This document shows positions 39,980-50,223 of a DNA stretch of 64,000 nt, piece after piece; position 1 is the first letter of the stretch; the number at the start of each line of letters is the position of its first letter. Source of the stretch: Candidatus Poribacteria bacterium (lineage in GTDB: Bacteria > Poribacteria > WGA-4E > PCPOR2b); NCBI GenBank assembly GCA_965215015.1, contig OZ244042.1, positions 1,824,001 to 1,888,000 of the forward strand, in the 5' to 3' direction. Below the pieces are notes generated by a model that was not told where the DNA came from, did not search any database, and worked only from the letters and a program-made list of their open reading frames with translations. Both the position numbers and the translations under genes were made by a program.

Positions 39980-40273
39980 AATCCCCCATCTTTTCAGGTG
40001 GGCATACAGATTCGCAACGAGTAAGACCTGTTCGGCTTGTGGTTTTGTGAATGAAGCGTTGAATCTACGTGACAGGACATGGCAGTGTCCAATTTGCCAT
40101 ACATAGTTAGATAGAGACCGCAACGCCACGGTTAATATCTATCGGGTGGGGCGTCAACCCTTGCCGGAGAAGGGGTAAGCCCATCTGCCGATGGCTCCCC
40201 TCGTTGATTGCACAATTCCACTCCTAAAGGGACAGTGAAGAATCCAAACCCTTTAGGGTTGGGAGTACGTCAA
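39980..40273 (+). mobile_element. tnpB: Miniature IS200/IS605 derivative carrying a tnpB C-terminal remnant
   Basis: Translates as ATSKTCSACGFVNEALNLRDRTWQCPICHT*LDRDRNATVNI; ends in gaatccaaaccctttagggttgggagtacgTCAA; left hairpin cccatcttttcaggtggg. Confidence 0.8.
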
Positions 40274-40300
40274 ATCTACGCTCAGAAGGCGGACCTTTCA

Positions 40301-41419
40301 ATGCAAACATCTATTAAACCGAATCGGCCACGCGCCCGTGAAATTGGCATCCAAATTGGCAATCTACCGCCCGGTGAACTCAACGGAATGACCGATGTTC
40401 CCGGCGTCAAAGTGGGGCATGTTACACGCATAGCAGGAGAAGGCCCCCTTTCCCCCGGCAACGGTCCAATCCGCACAGGCGTGACAGCCATCTTGCCACA
40501 CGATGGCAATATTTTTCGTGAAAAAGTGACAGCAACGGCGCATATCATCAACGCCTTCGGCAAATCAATCGGCTTGCCGCAACTGCTTGAACTGGGAAAT
40601 ATCGAGACCCCAATCCTCCTAACGGGTACACTCAACGTCTGGACTGCTGCCGACGCACTTGTCGATTATGTCTCAGCGCAAAACCCGGGCGTCTATTCAT
40701 TTAATCCAATCGTCGGCGAATGCAACGACAGTTTTCTCAACGATATCCTAGGGCGCCATGTCCAACGGGAGCATGTCTTTGAAGCGTTGGAAACTGCCTC
40801 TCACACGAATATCGAGGAAGGTGTTATTGGTGCCGGCGTAGGTATGAGCGGTTTTGGTTGGAAGGCTGGAATCGGAACCGCTTCACGTGTAGTTCAAATG
40901 GAAGGGACCGCATATACGGTCGGCGTTTTGGTCCTGACCAATACCGGAGGTGCCTCCGATTTGAGGATAGATGGCTTTCCGATTGGACAGTACCTAACGC
41001 CGGAGGAAATCTCGGAAGAGCGACCTGGGTCAATTATGATCATCGTTGCGACGGATGCACCGCTTTCTCATCGACAACTCACTCGCGTTGCCAGACGGGC
41101 GACGTTTGGGCTCGCACGAACCGGGGCGATCGCATCGCACGGCAGCGGTGATTTCGTCCTCGCCTTTTCGACAGCCAAACGCATCGGGACATCCCCGCTT
41201 GAAGGTGGGGGTTCGCCTTCAACCTTTCATGACGAGAGCGCATTAACCGTTCTCTTTCGCGCCGCCATTGAAGCGACCGAAGAATCAATCATTAACTCGC
41301 TGCTCAAAGCGCACACGGTTGTCGGCCGGGACGATAACGTTAGACATGGCATCCCGATCCATCGCATCATCGAAATCTTAGGGATCCATCCACCCGAAAC
41401 ACCGCCTTGGCACGAATAA
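40301..41419 (+). CDS. DmpA/P1-family (S58) aminopeptidase
   Basis: TDVPGVKVGH, GECND, GAGVGM, GSIMIIVATDAPL, HGSGD. Confidence 0.92.
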   Translation: MQTSIKPNRPRAREIGIQIGNLPPGELNGMTDVPGVKVGHVTRIAGEGPLSPGNGPIRTGVTAILPHDGNIFREKVTATAHIINAFGKSIGLPQLLELGNIETPILLTGTLNVWTAADALVDYVSAQNPGVYSFNPIVGECNDSFLNDILGRHVQREHVFEALETASHTNIEEGVIGAGVGMSGFGWKAGIGTASRVVQMEGTAYTVGVLVLTNTGGASDLRIDGFPIGQYLTPEEISEERPGSIMIIVATDAPLSHRQLTRVARRATFGLARTGAIASHGSGDFVLAFSTAKRIGTSPLEGGGSPSTFHDESALTVLFRAAIEATEESIINSLLKAHTVVGRDDNVRHGIPIHRIIEILGIHPPETPPWHE

Positions 41420-41450
41420 TACTATGGACATGCTTTGAGATTGGTGTAAA

Positions 41451-41591
41451 CTTGAGTGGGACTGCGAAGGAAGGGCTTCACTGTCTAGGAGAGTCGGCCC
41501 CCGAAGCCGCCCGGCAATTTGAGCGTGAGCACCAAGAACCCCTTAAAAGGACTGAGCCCGAAACAGTTTAGAAGGTAAATCACTGTCTCAA
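41451..41591 (+). ncRNA. Candidate stand-alone structured ncRNA (rod-like, possibly 6S-like)
   Basis: TG-TAAACT -10-like element upstream; nested complementarity ttgag/ctcaa, gactg/cagtt, gggcttca/tgagccc; strong terminator downstream. Confidence 0.4.
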
Positions 41592-41593
41592 GC

Positions 41594-41644
41594 AAAAAAA
41601 GCGGGCTCCCAGCCATTTACACACGGTCGGGAGACCGCTTTTTT
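41594..41644 (+). terminator. Intrinsic terminator
   Basis: aaaaaaagcgggctccc...gggagaccgctttttt hairpin with T-tract. Confidence 0.75.
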
Positions 41645-41869
41645 ATTCTCACATTTAGGGCTCTACTCCTAAAAATAGATTGCCAGGGGTTAGCTAAACC
41701 CGCATTCTTGCTTGCTCACCTGCATATTTGTATATCGCTAAACTGCCAATTTTCTACGTGACATCGGTGTCGGTTTCTGCTAAAATAGATCAAATTCTTA
41801 TCCAGCCGAACCTCCGAAAGCCAAGATAGCATCTTAGGCACTAGGGACAAAATACAAATAGGAGCGAAT

Positions 41870-43387
41870 ATGGAACAATCCAACACAAATATCAGTGATT
41901 CTTCAGGGGAGAAAGTTGATGGGGGGTGTCTGCCCGATTGGGAAGTCGCAGATCTACCCAAGCCGCCACCCTACCGTTTCAGTCGCGCGTTTCGGGCTGT
42001 TTTAGGTCCTGGAATTATTGCGCTAGGCGGATCAATCGGCAGCGGCGAATGGCTATTGGGTCCGGCGATCACTGCACAGTACGGTGGACGACTCCTTTGG
42101 ATAGCGACAATTGCCATCCTGCTCCAATCCTTCATCAATACGGAGGCAATTCGCTACACGATTTATACCGGAGAACCGATGTTTAGCGGTTATATGCGCT
42201 GCAAACCGGGTTCACGGTTCTGGGCATTTTTTTATTCCGGTATAGATTTCTTCGGAATTTGGCCCGGATGGGCAGCGACCGCCGCCACAGCTATTGCCGC
42301 GGCATGGTTGGGATATATGCCGGGGGAAGCCGACCAAGGTACAGTGCGACTCTTTGCATACTCGGCTTTCTTCTTATGTCTGGGAATTGTTCTCTTTGGC
42401 AAGAAAATATACAACGCTCTTGAAAAAGTCCAATTGGTTATGGTCATCTGGATTATCGGCTATCTTCTCCTGATCGATCTGTTTATGGTGCCCCCCAAGA
42501 TCTGGTGGACTGTAATCAAAGGATTCTTTAGCTTTGGCGCGTTGCCGTCAGCGGAGAGCGGTAATATCGATTGGCTCTTACTCGGTGCGTTTGCTGCCTA
42601 TGCGGGAAGCGGGGGACTGGGCAACGTGGGTATCAGCAATTACGTCCGGGACAAAGGGTGGGGTATGAGCAGCCTTGTCGGCGCAATCCCCTCTCTGATT
42701 GGTGGACAACAGGTAACGCTGACACACATCGGCAAAGTTTTTCGGATAACCCCTGAAAATTTGGAACGCTTCCGCGAATGGTGGAAATATAACCACTTCG
42801 AGCAGTATTACATCTGGGTCATCGGTTGTTTCTTTGGTCTGGCACTGCCCGCCATGTTGACAATTGCCTTTGTTCCTGCAGGACAAGAGATTGACCAATG
42901 GTCAGCGGCAGCATTTCAAGCAGAGGGACTGGCCGAAAAAGGTGGACAAATCTTCTGGTATCTCACGCTGCTCTGTGGATTTTGGGTGCTTTTTTCAACC
43001 CAGTTGGGCGGTGTGGACGGAGTCCCACGTCGCTACACAGACATTATTTGGACCGGATTTTCAAGTGCGCGAAAACTGGAAGAACACAGCGCGAAATGGA
43101 TTTACTATCCAATCCTTGTCATCTACATCCTCTGGGGCATAATTGCGCTCTATCTGGCAAAGCCGTTTTTTATGATCTTGGTTTCCGCAACAATCGGCGG
43201 GTACTTGCTTGTAATCACTGCGCTGCACACCCTTTACGTCAATCGAAAGTTCCTACCGAGAGAGATTCAACCCCCGATTTGGCGGCAGATTGGACTCGTC
43301 GCGTGTGCGGGATTCTACTCAATTTTTGGAACCCTAACGGTCATTCAAACTGTAATTCCTAAATTGGTTTCGCTTATATCAGGATAG
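41870..43387 (+). CDS. Nramp-related (YcsG-like) multi-pass transporter
   Basis: LGPGII....IGSGEWLLGP, YTIYTGE, about 11 TM helices. Confidence 0.8.
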   Translation: MEQSNTNISDSSGEKVDGGCLPDWEVADLPKPPPYRFSRAFRAVLGPGIIALGGSIGSGEWLLGPAITAQYGGRLLWIATIAILLQSFINTEAIRYTIYTGEPMFSGYMRCKPGSRFWAFFYSGIDFFGIWPGWAATAATAIAAAWLGYMPGEADQGTVRLFAYSAFFLCLGIVLFGKKIYNALEKVQLVMVIWIIGYLLLIDLFMVPPKIWWTVIKGFFSFGALPSAESGNIDWLLLGAFAAYAGSGGLGNVGISNYVRDKGWGMSSLVGAIPSLIGGQQVTLTHIGKVFRITPENLERFREWWKYNHFEQYYIWVIGCFFGLALPAMLTIAFVPAGQEIDQWSAAAFQAEGLAEKGGQIFWYLTLLCGFWVLFSTQLGGVDGVPRRYTDIIWTGFSSARKLEEHSAKWIYYPILVIYILWGIIALYLAKPFFMILVSATIGGYLLVITALHTLYVNRKFLPREIQPPIWRQIGLVACAGFYSIFGTLTVIQTVIPKLVSLISG

Positions 43388-43398
43388 GAGAAAACGAA

Positions 43399-44169
43399 TT
43401 GAATCTACAACTTAAAGATAAAGTTGTTATCGTCACCGGTGCCAGTCGAGGCATTGGAAAAGCAATCACGCTCGGTTTTGCAGCGGAAGGCGCGAAGTTA
43501 AGTATCTGCGGCAGAACTCCGGACACGCTCGAAGCAGCTGCCAACGAGGTTAAAGCACTTGGAGCGGAGGTATTTGCCAAGACTGCCGATGTCACAAAAG
43601 GCGGGGATACCGAGGCATTTGTACAAGAGACGTTAGGGCGATATGGGCGGGTTGATGTGCTGATTAATAACGTCGGAGGCAGCAAGTGGACGCCGACCCC
43701 TGAGATTTCCGATGAGGAATGGCACGAAATCATCGACCTGAACCTCATTTCCGCCGCCCGCATGAGTCGAGGTGTTATCCCAACAATGCAAGCACAAGGG
43801 AGCGGGGTCATCATCACCATCTCATCAATTTACGGACGGGAGGGCGGCGGACATATCACCTATAATGCAGCGAAAGCGGCAGAAATTAGCATGTCGAAGT
43901 CCCTCGCAGGTGAACTTGCCAAAGATAACATCCGCGTCAACAGTGTTGCCCCCGGTTCGATTCTATTCCCCGGCGGCGGCTGGGAGCGGCGACAGAAGGC
44001 GGACCCGGAAGGAATCGCTGCATTCGTTGAAAGCGATATGCCGTTGGGGCGGTTTGGAAAGCCTGAAGAGGTCGCGGACGTTGTGGTGTTCCTCGCCTCT
44101 GAACGCGCGAGCCTCGTTACTGGGGCGTGTATCAATGTAGATGGTTGTCAGTCAAAGTCAAATATTTAA
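43399..44169 (+). CDS. Short-chain dehydrogenase/reductase
   Basis: TGASRGIG, NNVG, YNAAK. Confidence 0.93.
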   Translation: MNLQLKDKVVIVTGASRGIGKAITLGFAAEGAKLSICGRTPDTLEAAANEVKALGAEVFAKTADVTKGGDTEAFVQETLGRYGRVDVLINNVGGSKWTPTPEISDEEWHEIIDLNLISAARMSRGVIPTMQAQGSGVIITISSIYGREGGGHITYNAAKAAEISMSKSLAGELAKDNIRVNSVAPGSILFPGGGWERRQKADPEGIAAFVESDMPLGRFGKPEEVADVVVFLASERASLVTGACINVDGCQSKSNI

Positions 44170-44241
44170 GATTAAGTCCAGTGAACATCTGCTTGCCGAC
44201 GTTCCTACGATTAACCTCCGTGGGCCCGTGGCACGCAGCGT

Positions 44242-44583
44242 TCATGCCGTTGGAATCGCGTCGTATAACAGCGCATTGAACCCGACGAAAAATGTATCTC
44301 CGAACTGTAGCGTGGGTGCTCGTAGGTTGCCGCTTCGCCCCATAATCGCTTTGAGGATGGCATCTTGTGAATCGATATTTGGAGCAAAGACATCGACTTT
44401 TTTGCCCTTAGCGACGTAAATGGATTGAGCACTTTGGATACGTTCCCACACCTCAGTTGAGTTTAACTTCTCCTTACGGGCGTCCGTTCGACTGTCTACC
44501 TGAATGTTGTTTGCGTCAAGAAACTCTTGCGCTTTTCGACAAGAGGTTCAGCTGTTCCTAAAAAACATCCAATTTACTGTCAT
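44242..44583 (-). CDS. ArsC/Spx-like thioredoxin-fold selenoprotein (UxxC)
   Basis: RBS aggagg then MTVNWMFFRNS-TGA-TSCRKAQEFL...GRSGNLRAPTL...VGFN; TGA at 44548-44550 sits at the first Cys of CxxC. Confidence 0.85.
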
Positions 44584-44861
44584 CAACTTCCTCCTTTTTT
44601 ATGTTAGAATTATAGGAGTTACGCACTTGAGTTTGTCCTAACACAATTCAACCCGCGTCGCTTGCGTTCTTGCCCACCCACAAGCAGGGGAAAGGTACGC
44701 GGAGCGTGCCCACTACTTTAGGATGAACTGTCGCCCCGATTCATCGGGCATTCGGAACGGTGTCCAGCGGCGATAAATCGCCGAACTACAAGGTTTGACC
44801 TTCAACTATCTAAATCCTAATCTTTGTGTGAGTCAGCAAAAAGGTTCACACACTGCTACCT

Positions 44862-46070
44862 CTAGCTGTTTGATGTGTAGCAGACTTTTCCGCCAACAAC
44901 TGTCAATAGATTCTCAGAAGAGCCATCAAGAATCTGTTCAATAGCAGGACGACCATCGTTTGGAACTTGGACCGCGATGATATCCGCCTGCCAGCCTTTC
45001 TCCAACTGTCCGACCTGCGCTAGACCAAGGGCCGTTGCACCGTTACAGGTCACCATGTCGAACAACATTTCAGGGCGGATACTCGGTTGAGTACGCGCGA
45101 GGAATTTCAACTCATCGAATAGACTTAGGGACCAATTGCTCGCAAGACTATCAGTCCCGATAGCGACATTGATTCCCCTTTCAACCAGTTGCAGGACGGG
45201 GTGGTCGGTATGATAGAAGTAATGGTGGCTCCGCGGGCAGAACACCACAGACGCCCCACTCTCAGCGAGCAGCTCCACATCTACGTTGGTTAGGTAGTTG
45301 CAGTGGACTAAGAGTGAACTCTTTCGCAAAATACCCAACGTTTGCATATACTGTACCGGTGTTATTTGCGGAGGGTGCCACCCGGTTGTTGAAATACCAA
45401 ACGCTTCTAAGTAGTCTAAAAATGCGCCCGTGCTACTGGAGAGAAACTCAAACTCCTCCTCAGTTTCCGCTATATGCGTGCAAATCGACAAGTCGGAGGT
45501 AAGACATTGACGATAAATATTAGCCGAAGTAGAATAGGGAGCATGGGGCGACAACGCAGGTGTCAACAGCGAATCTGGAACAGGGGGAGAAGCTAAATAC
45601 GCCGCAAGTCGAGTGAGTCCCATAGCCGCGCGTTCGCCCGAAAAACCGAGGACCTCGAAGAAAACCACCTTCCGAATCGGAGTATTCCGCAGAATCTGCA
45701 TCGATTCCCCGGTTCCGTCGATATCCCCTACTGTTGTCGCACCCCCAGCTAGACTTTGCTGCACCCCTTCGCGGACAGATGGGGCTATTGTTAAGGGGGT
45801 CCGCTTCCCAACAATTTGGAATATCCAATCCGTAAATTTTGGGGTTCGCTCAATGGAATCGGAACTACTTGTCAGGTCAAGGTGCGTATGGGCATTCACT
45901 AAGCCGGGTATAAGCACCGCTTCGCTAAAGTCGTGTGTCGGAGATGCACCACTGTTCCGAATCGTTGGATAAAGTCCGACATCGATAATCTGTGAACCTT
46001 GAATGGCTATCGCACCATTCTCAATAATCGTGCGACTATTTGGCATTACATACTTTGCGCGTAAAATCAT
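44862..46070 (-). CDS. Metal-dependent amidohydrolase (SsnA/aminodeoxyfutalosine deaminase-like)
   Basis: PGLVNAHTHL, SPHAPYS, HIAET, VHC, CPRS, GTDSLASN. Confidence 0.88.
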   Translation of the reverse strand: MILRAKYVMPNSRTIIENGAIAIQGSQIIDVGLYPTIRNSGASPTHDFSEAVLIPGLVNAHTHLDLTSSSDSIERTPKFTDWIFQIVGKRTPLTIAPSVREGVQQSLAGGATTVGDIDGTGESMQILRNTPIRKVVFFEVLGFSGERAAMGLTRLAAYLASPPVPDSLLTPALSPHAPYSTSANIYRQCLTSDLSICTHIAETEEEFEFLSSSTGAFLDYLEAFGISTTGWHPPQITPVQYMQTLGILRKSSLLVHCNYLTNVDVELLAESGASVVFCPRSHHYFYHTDHPVLQLVERGINVAIGTDSLASNWSLSLFDELKFLARTQPSIRPEMLFDMVTCNGATALGLAQVGQLEKGWQADIIAVQVPNDGRPAIEQILDGSSENLLTVVGGKVCYTSNS

Positions 46071-46179
46071 ACGGAACTCTAAAACTAATCCTTCAAATGA
46101 CTTGGATACTTTCTCTACGAGCGGAAATTTAAGCCGCTTGACAACTTACAACTCTTTTGCCAACAAATAAGGAAATTCC

Positions 46180-47766
46180 ATGAATTCCAAGATCGCCGGA
46201 CATGCAACCTCACAAGCGACACAAGCCTTCGCAAATCGGATGAGCTCACACCACCCCTCCTTTGAGGCGAATGCGTATCGCCGGCTCACCGGCACAGATT
46301 TGATAACGTCCAAAATCGGCTACGGCACCTACCGCGTGCATGAACAGAACGAGGCGCACACTGAAACGCTCGAAAAAGCGATCCAAGCGGGGTGTAATCT
46401 GATTGACACATCCAGCAATTACACCGATGGCGGCAGCGAAACCTTAATCGGTAACGGCCTGCAGAAGATGATTTCTGACAGCGAGATTAAGCGAGAAGAA
46501 ATCATCATTGTCTCCAAAGTCGGCTACATGCAGGGGCAAAATCTCGATCAAGCACAACAACGAGAAACAGCAGGTAATCCGTGGAGAGAGGTCGTCAAAT
46601 ATATGGAGGGCTGCTGGCACTGCATCCATCCTGATTTTCTAATAGATCAGTGGACGCGTAGCACAGATCGACTGGGATTGGAAACCATCGATGTTTACCT
46701 GCTACACAACCCGGAATATTTCCTGTCCGACGCCAAAAACCGATCCGCTCAATCTAGCTGGAACGCAATTCGAGATACTTTCTATGACCGAATCTACCGC
46801 GCCTTTGTGCAGATGGAACGGTTCGTGGCCGATGGACAGATTCGCTACTACGGTATTTCGTCAAATACCTTCCCTTCTCCACAAACCGACTTCGAGCATG
46901 TTTCCCTCAATCGCGTTTATGAAGCGGCTGCCAAAGCGGCAGAGACTGTGTATGGAGATCACGCGGTAAACCACTTCAAGGTGATTCAACTTCCGTACAA
47001 TCTGCTTGAATCCGAGGCATTGACAGAAGCGAATAACGAAATTGACGGGAAACGCATCGCTGTCATTGAAGCTGCGAAGGCACTGGGGCTTGGCGTTCTC
47101 GTGAATCGCCCCCTGAACGCTTTCAAGGACAATCAGATGACCCGCTTGGCACAATATGAACACCGTCCCAATGCCGATTATCCTCAGATAATGTCAATAG
47201 CAGAAGGCACATTAATCCAAATCGAAACTAGACTGGGAGATACACTGAAAAGTTGGGGGATTTTCGATTCGGTACAAAATCAGGTGAATGTCCACCTCTT
47301 TTATGATGTTGCCCAACAACTCGGCGGATTTATGTCGCGTATCCAGGATCGCAATCACTGGGAACAGATTTTACAGCAGCACCTGATTCCACAGATTAAT
47401 GCCTACCTGCGACAGACCGGAATCGCTTGCCTGAATCAACACCAAGGGGAGTGGGAAGGCTTACTCGCTCAATATGTAAGGGCACTCAACACGCTGTTCG
47501 TAACCATAACGGAAATATTTAATCGTGTGGATGCGGAGAAGGTTGAACCAATCTCTCAGGCTTTGAACCTATATCTCACCGAGGATCAGGGGGCGTTAAG
47601 TCTCTCTCAACGGGCGTTGAACTTCGTGACTTCATCACCGGGGGTGTCCGTTGTCCTGAACGGGATGAAACGCGAAGAATATGTCGAGGACGCAATGCAG
47701 ATTATGGAAATGCCTGATTTTCCACAGCCACTTGCGCTCGTCGAAAGCATAGCGCGTGAAACATAA
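46180..47766 (+). CDS. Aldo/keto reductase family protein with helical insertion
   Basis: IGYGTYR, IDTSSNY, SKVG, YLLHNP, IQLPYNL. Confidence 0.85.
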   Translation: MNSKIAGHATSQATQAFANRMSSHHPSFEANAYRRLTGTDLITSKIGYGTYRVHEQNEAHTETLEKAIQAGCNLIDTSSNYTDGGSETLIGNGLQKMISDSEIKREEIIIVSKVGYMQGQNLDQAQQRETAGNPWREVVKYMEGCWHCIHPDFLIDQWTRSTDRLGLETIDVYLLHNPEYFLSDAKNRSAQSSWNAIRDTFYDRIYRAFVQMERFVADGQIRYYGISSNTFPSPQTDFEHVSLNRVYEAAAKAAETVYGDHAVNHFKVIQLPYNLLESEALTEANNEIDGKRIAVIEAAKALGLGVLVNRPLNAFKDNQMTRLAQYEHRPNADYPQIMSIAEGTLIQIETRLGDTLKSWGIFDSVQNQVNVHLFYDVAQQLGGFMSRIQDRNHWEQILQQHLIPQINAYLRQTGIACLNQHQGEWEGLLAQYVRALNTLFVTITEIFNRVDAEKVEPISQALNLYLTEDQGALSLSQRALNFVTSSPGVSVVLNGMKREEYVEDAMQIMEMPDFPQPLALVESIARET

Positions 47767-48067
47767 GCATTTTCACATCTCACGCACGTATTAACTAGTG
47801 TAGACATATCCGATCCACACCATCGTAGGGCGGTTATCTTGTCTGACCCGTAGCCCTAGCGCGGGGACATAGTACTAGGCATACTCCGTATGTCTACTAC
47901 CTTCAGATCGAAATCACTGTCGGAGTATCCCCCCTATTGCGTCCGCGAGCCGCACAGGATAATCTGGCGTATCGGTTAATTCGTTTCTGCGAGAATCTGG
48001 GCCTTCAAGAGCAGTGCAACTCGACGTGCTTGTTCGGTAGTCATAATCTTCTCCCAAACAGGCGGAT

Positions 48068-48856
48068 TTACTGAAGAGCGTAAGTCCTATTTGGTTTAAG
48101 TGCCCCTACCTTAATGCTCGCAACCTCAGTCTTTCCGATTTTCGCGTAAGGAGACTTGCTGAATACCTGAATTTCTTCCAATCCTGCCCGACGAATCGAG
48201 TCCAAATATTGGGCTTCAGGTAGTGCCCCAGAAATACAATTCGCCCAATTGCTAATCGTTGATCTCAACCACTTAGGCAAGTGGTCCGCAACGATATCCG
48301 ACACTAATAACTGCCCGCCCGGCTTGAGGACGCGATACGCTTCCCGAAAAACCGAATCTTTGTCCGGCGCAAGATTAATCACACAGTTAGAGATGATCCA
48401 ATCAACGCTTCCATTTTCAACCGGCATTGATTCAATTTCACCTAATCGGAACTCAACATTTTTTACAGCCACCTCCTCTGCATTCTTTCTGGCTTTCTCG
48501 ATCATTTCCGGCGTCATGTCAATGCCTATTGCTCTTCCGCTTTGGCCGACGAGTGATGCCGCAAGTAGCACATCAATGCCTGCCCCTGACCCAAGGTCGA
48601 GCACGACGTCGCCCTCACAAATGTCAGCATACATCAGTGGATTCCCACAGCCGAAGGAATTTTCAACAGCATCAGCAGGGATACTAGAAAGCTGTGCGTC
48701 GGTATATTGGTTCTGATTGGCGAACGTCCCTTTGAGAGAGGCTTCAATATCGCCGCAGCAGTTAGAAGATGAACAACAAGATTCACCACTTTTTACCAAA
48801 CCTGCGTAATGTTCACGGACGGCCGCTCTCAGCTGCTCTGCATTGTGGACTGTCAT
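48068..48856 (-). CDS. arsM: Arsenite methyltransferase
   Basis: N-terminal CC..CC, FGCGNP, LDLGSGAGID, ISNCVINL, W..CISGAL. Confidence 0.9.
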   Translation of the reverse strand: MTVHNAEQLRAAVREHYAGLVKSGESCCSSSNCCGDIEASLKGTFANQNQYTDAQLSSIPADAVENSFGCGNPLMYADICEGDVVLDLGSGAGIDVLLAASLVGQSGRAIGIDMTPEMIEKARKNAEEVAVKNVEFRLGEIESMPVENGSVDWIISNCVINLAPDKDSVFREAYRVLKPGGQLLVSDIVADHLPKWLRSTISNWANCISGALPEAQYLDSIRRAGLEEIQVFSKSPYAKIGKTEVASIKVGALKPNRTYALQ

Positions 48857-48904
48857 CTCATGCCTCTTTCTATTAAATTAGTGAATATCTCACGTTCATA
48901 GTAA

Positions 48905-49687
48905 TCATTGAGGTGAATCCACGCAAAAATCTAGCAGGTCAATCAGTAGGGAACGCATCTCACTCCGTTGAACAATCCTATCAATCAACCCGTGTTCCAA
49001 CAAAAACTCTGCCTTCTGGAAATTCTCAGGGAGCTGTTGTTTAATACTTGCAGTAGCGAGGGGCCCAGCGAAACCAATCCGGGCCCCCGGTTCCGCGAGA
49101 ATTACATGCGCCAACGAGGCATAGCTCGCAGTTGATCCACCAAAGGTTGGGTCCGCCATCACGGAGATGTAAGGTAATCCCGCCTCTGCGTGCTTAACAC
49201 AGACCGCTGAAGTTTTCGCCATCTGCATCAGCGATAGCGTACCTTCTTGCATTCGCATTCCACCGCTCCGGGAGACAATGATCAAGGGCAATCTGTTTTG
49301 CGTGGCGTGTTCAATATTGCGAGTGACTTTTTCTCCGACGACCGCCCCCATCGTACCGCCTCTGACTCCAAAATCGCTAATCGTAATTGCGACAGGCTGA
49401 CCGCCGATTTTCGCTTCGCCGGTAAGGATCTCCGACCTGAGACCCGTTTTTGCGTAATCCCGGGCGAGTTGTTCTTCGTAGTCTGGGAAATCTAAAGGGT
49501 TAATCGAATACAGACCAGCGTCATGTTCATCAAAACTGCCTCTATCAACTAGAAGGGCGAGCCGCTCATAGGCGGTCATAGGATGGTGATAGCCGCATTC
49601 TGGACAAACCCTATGTGCATTTAAAAATGTCTCCTCAGAAATCTTCGCACTGCAACTTTGACAGATTATTGCCGCTGAAGTCGCCAT
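48905..49687 (-). CDS. accD: Acetyl-CoA carboxylase carboxyltransferase beta subunit
   Basis: CQSC...CPECGYH zinc finger, GGTMG, SGGMRMQEG, PTFGG, IGFAG; start may instead be 49702. Confidence 0.93.
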   Translation of the reverse strand: MATSAAIICQSCSAKISEETFLNAHRVCPECGYHHPMTAYERLALLVDRGSFDEHDAGLYSINPLDFPDYEEQLARDYAKTGLRSEILTGEAKIGGQPVAITISDFGVRGGTMGAVVGEKVTRNIEHATQNRLPLIIVSRSGGMRMQEGTLSLMQMAKTSAVCVKHAEAGLPYISVMADPTFGGSTASYASLAHVILAEPGARIGFAGPLATASIKQQLPENFQKAEFLLEHGLIDRIVQRSEMRSLLIDLLDFCVDSPQ

Positions 49688-50223
49688 GTCTGTACGCTCC
49701 ATCTTTGTGTAGGAAATGGTTTTATGGAGTTGCTGATTTATGTGCACATGATACCTTTGGAGGTAACGTTTGTCAAGCCCAAATACAGAATTCGATTTAT
49801 GTGAACTGCAGCTGCTATCGCATCGTATCCTACTCGAAATAGAACAAAATTCATCCTTGAAGAACACAGCCATTTGTGATATTATTTTACGGTTTTGTTT
49901 TGAAATACGAGAGGAACCGGATTTCGTTGTTGCAGAATTACAACAATCGGGTATCAAAAATAACTCAACTGAACCAGAATAACAGTGTCTGAAGTTTTTT
50001 GAATTCCCTTTCATGAGCACCCCTCACGCTTATTTTATAGGTATGCTTTACGCTTTCTATTATTGACTGATTTTCTCCCTTCTAAAGCTGGCACAAAGTT
50101 TGCCATGGAATCTTGATGTAAATGTTTGTTAATTTCAGCAAACCTCATAATCAGTTCTCCCAAAACGCCTCCTGTCGGGTTGAGCAACTTTGAGAACGAT
50201 TGATAATTGGAAGGAGAAAGCTC

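Noticed and set aside
41480-41580. Glycine riboswitch
   Set aside because: GGAGA and CCGAAG are present, but the CUCUCAGG element and second aptamer are not
49703-50020. Long N-terminal extension of AccD
   Set aside because: It does not look like AccD; the typical zinc finger begins just after the starts at 49702/49687
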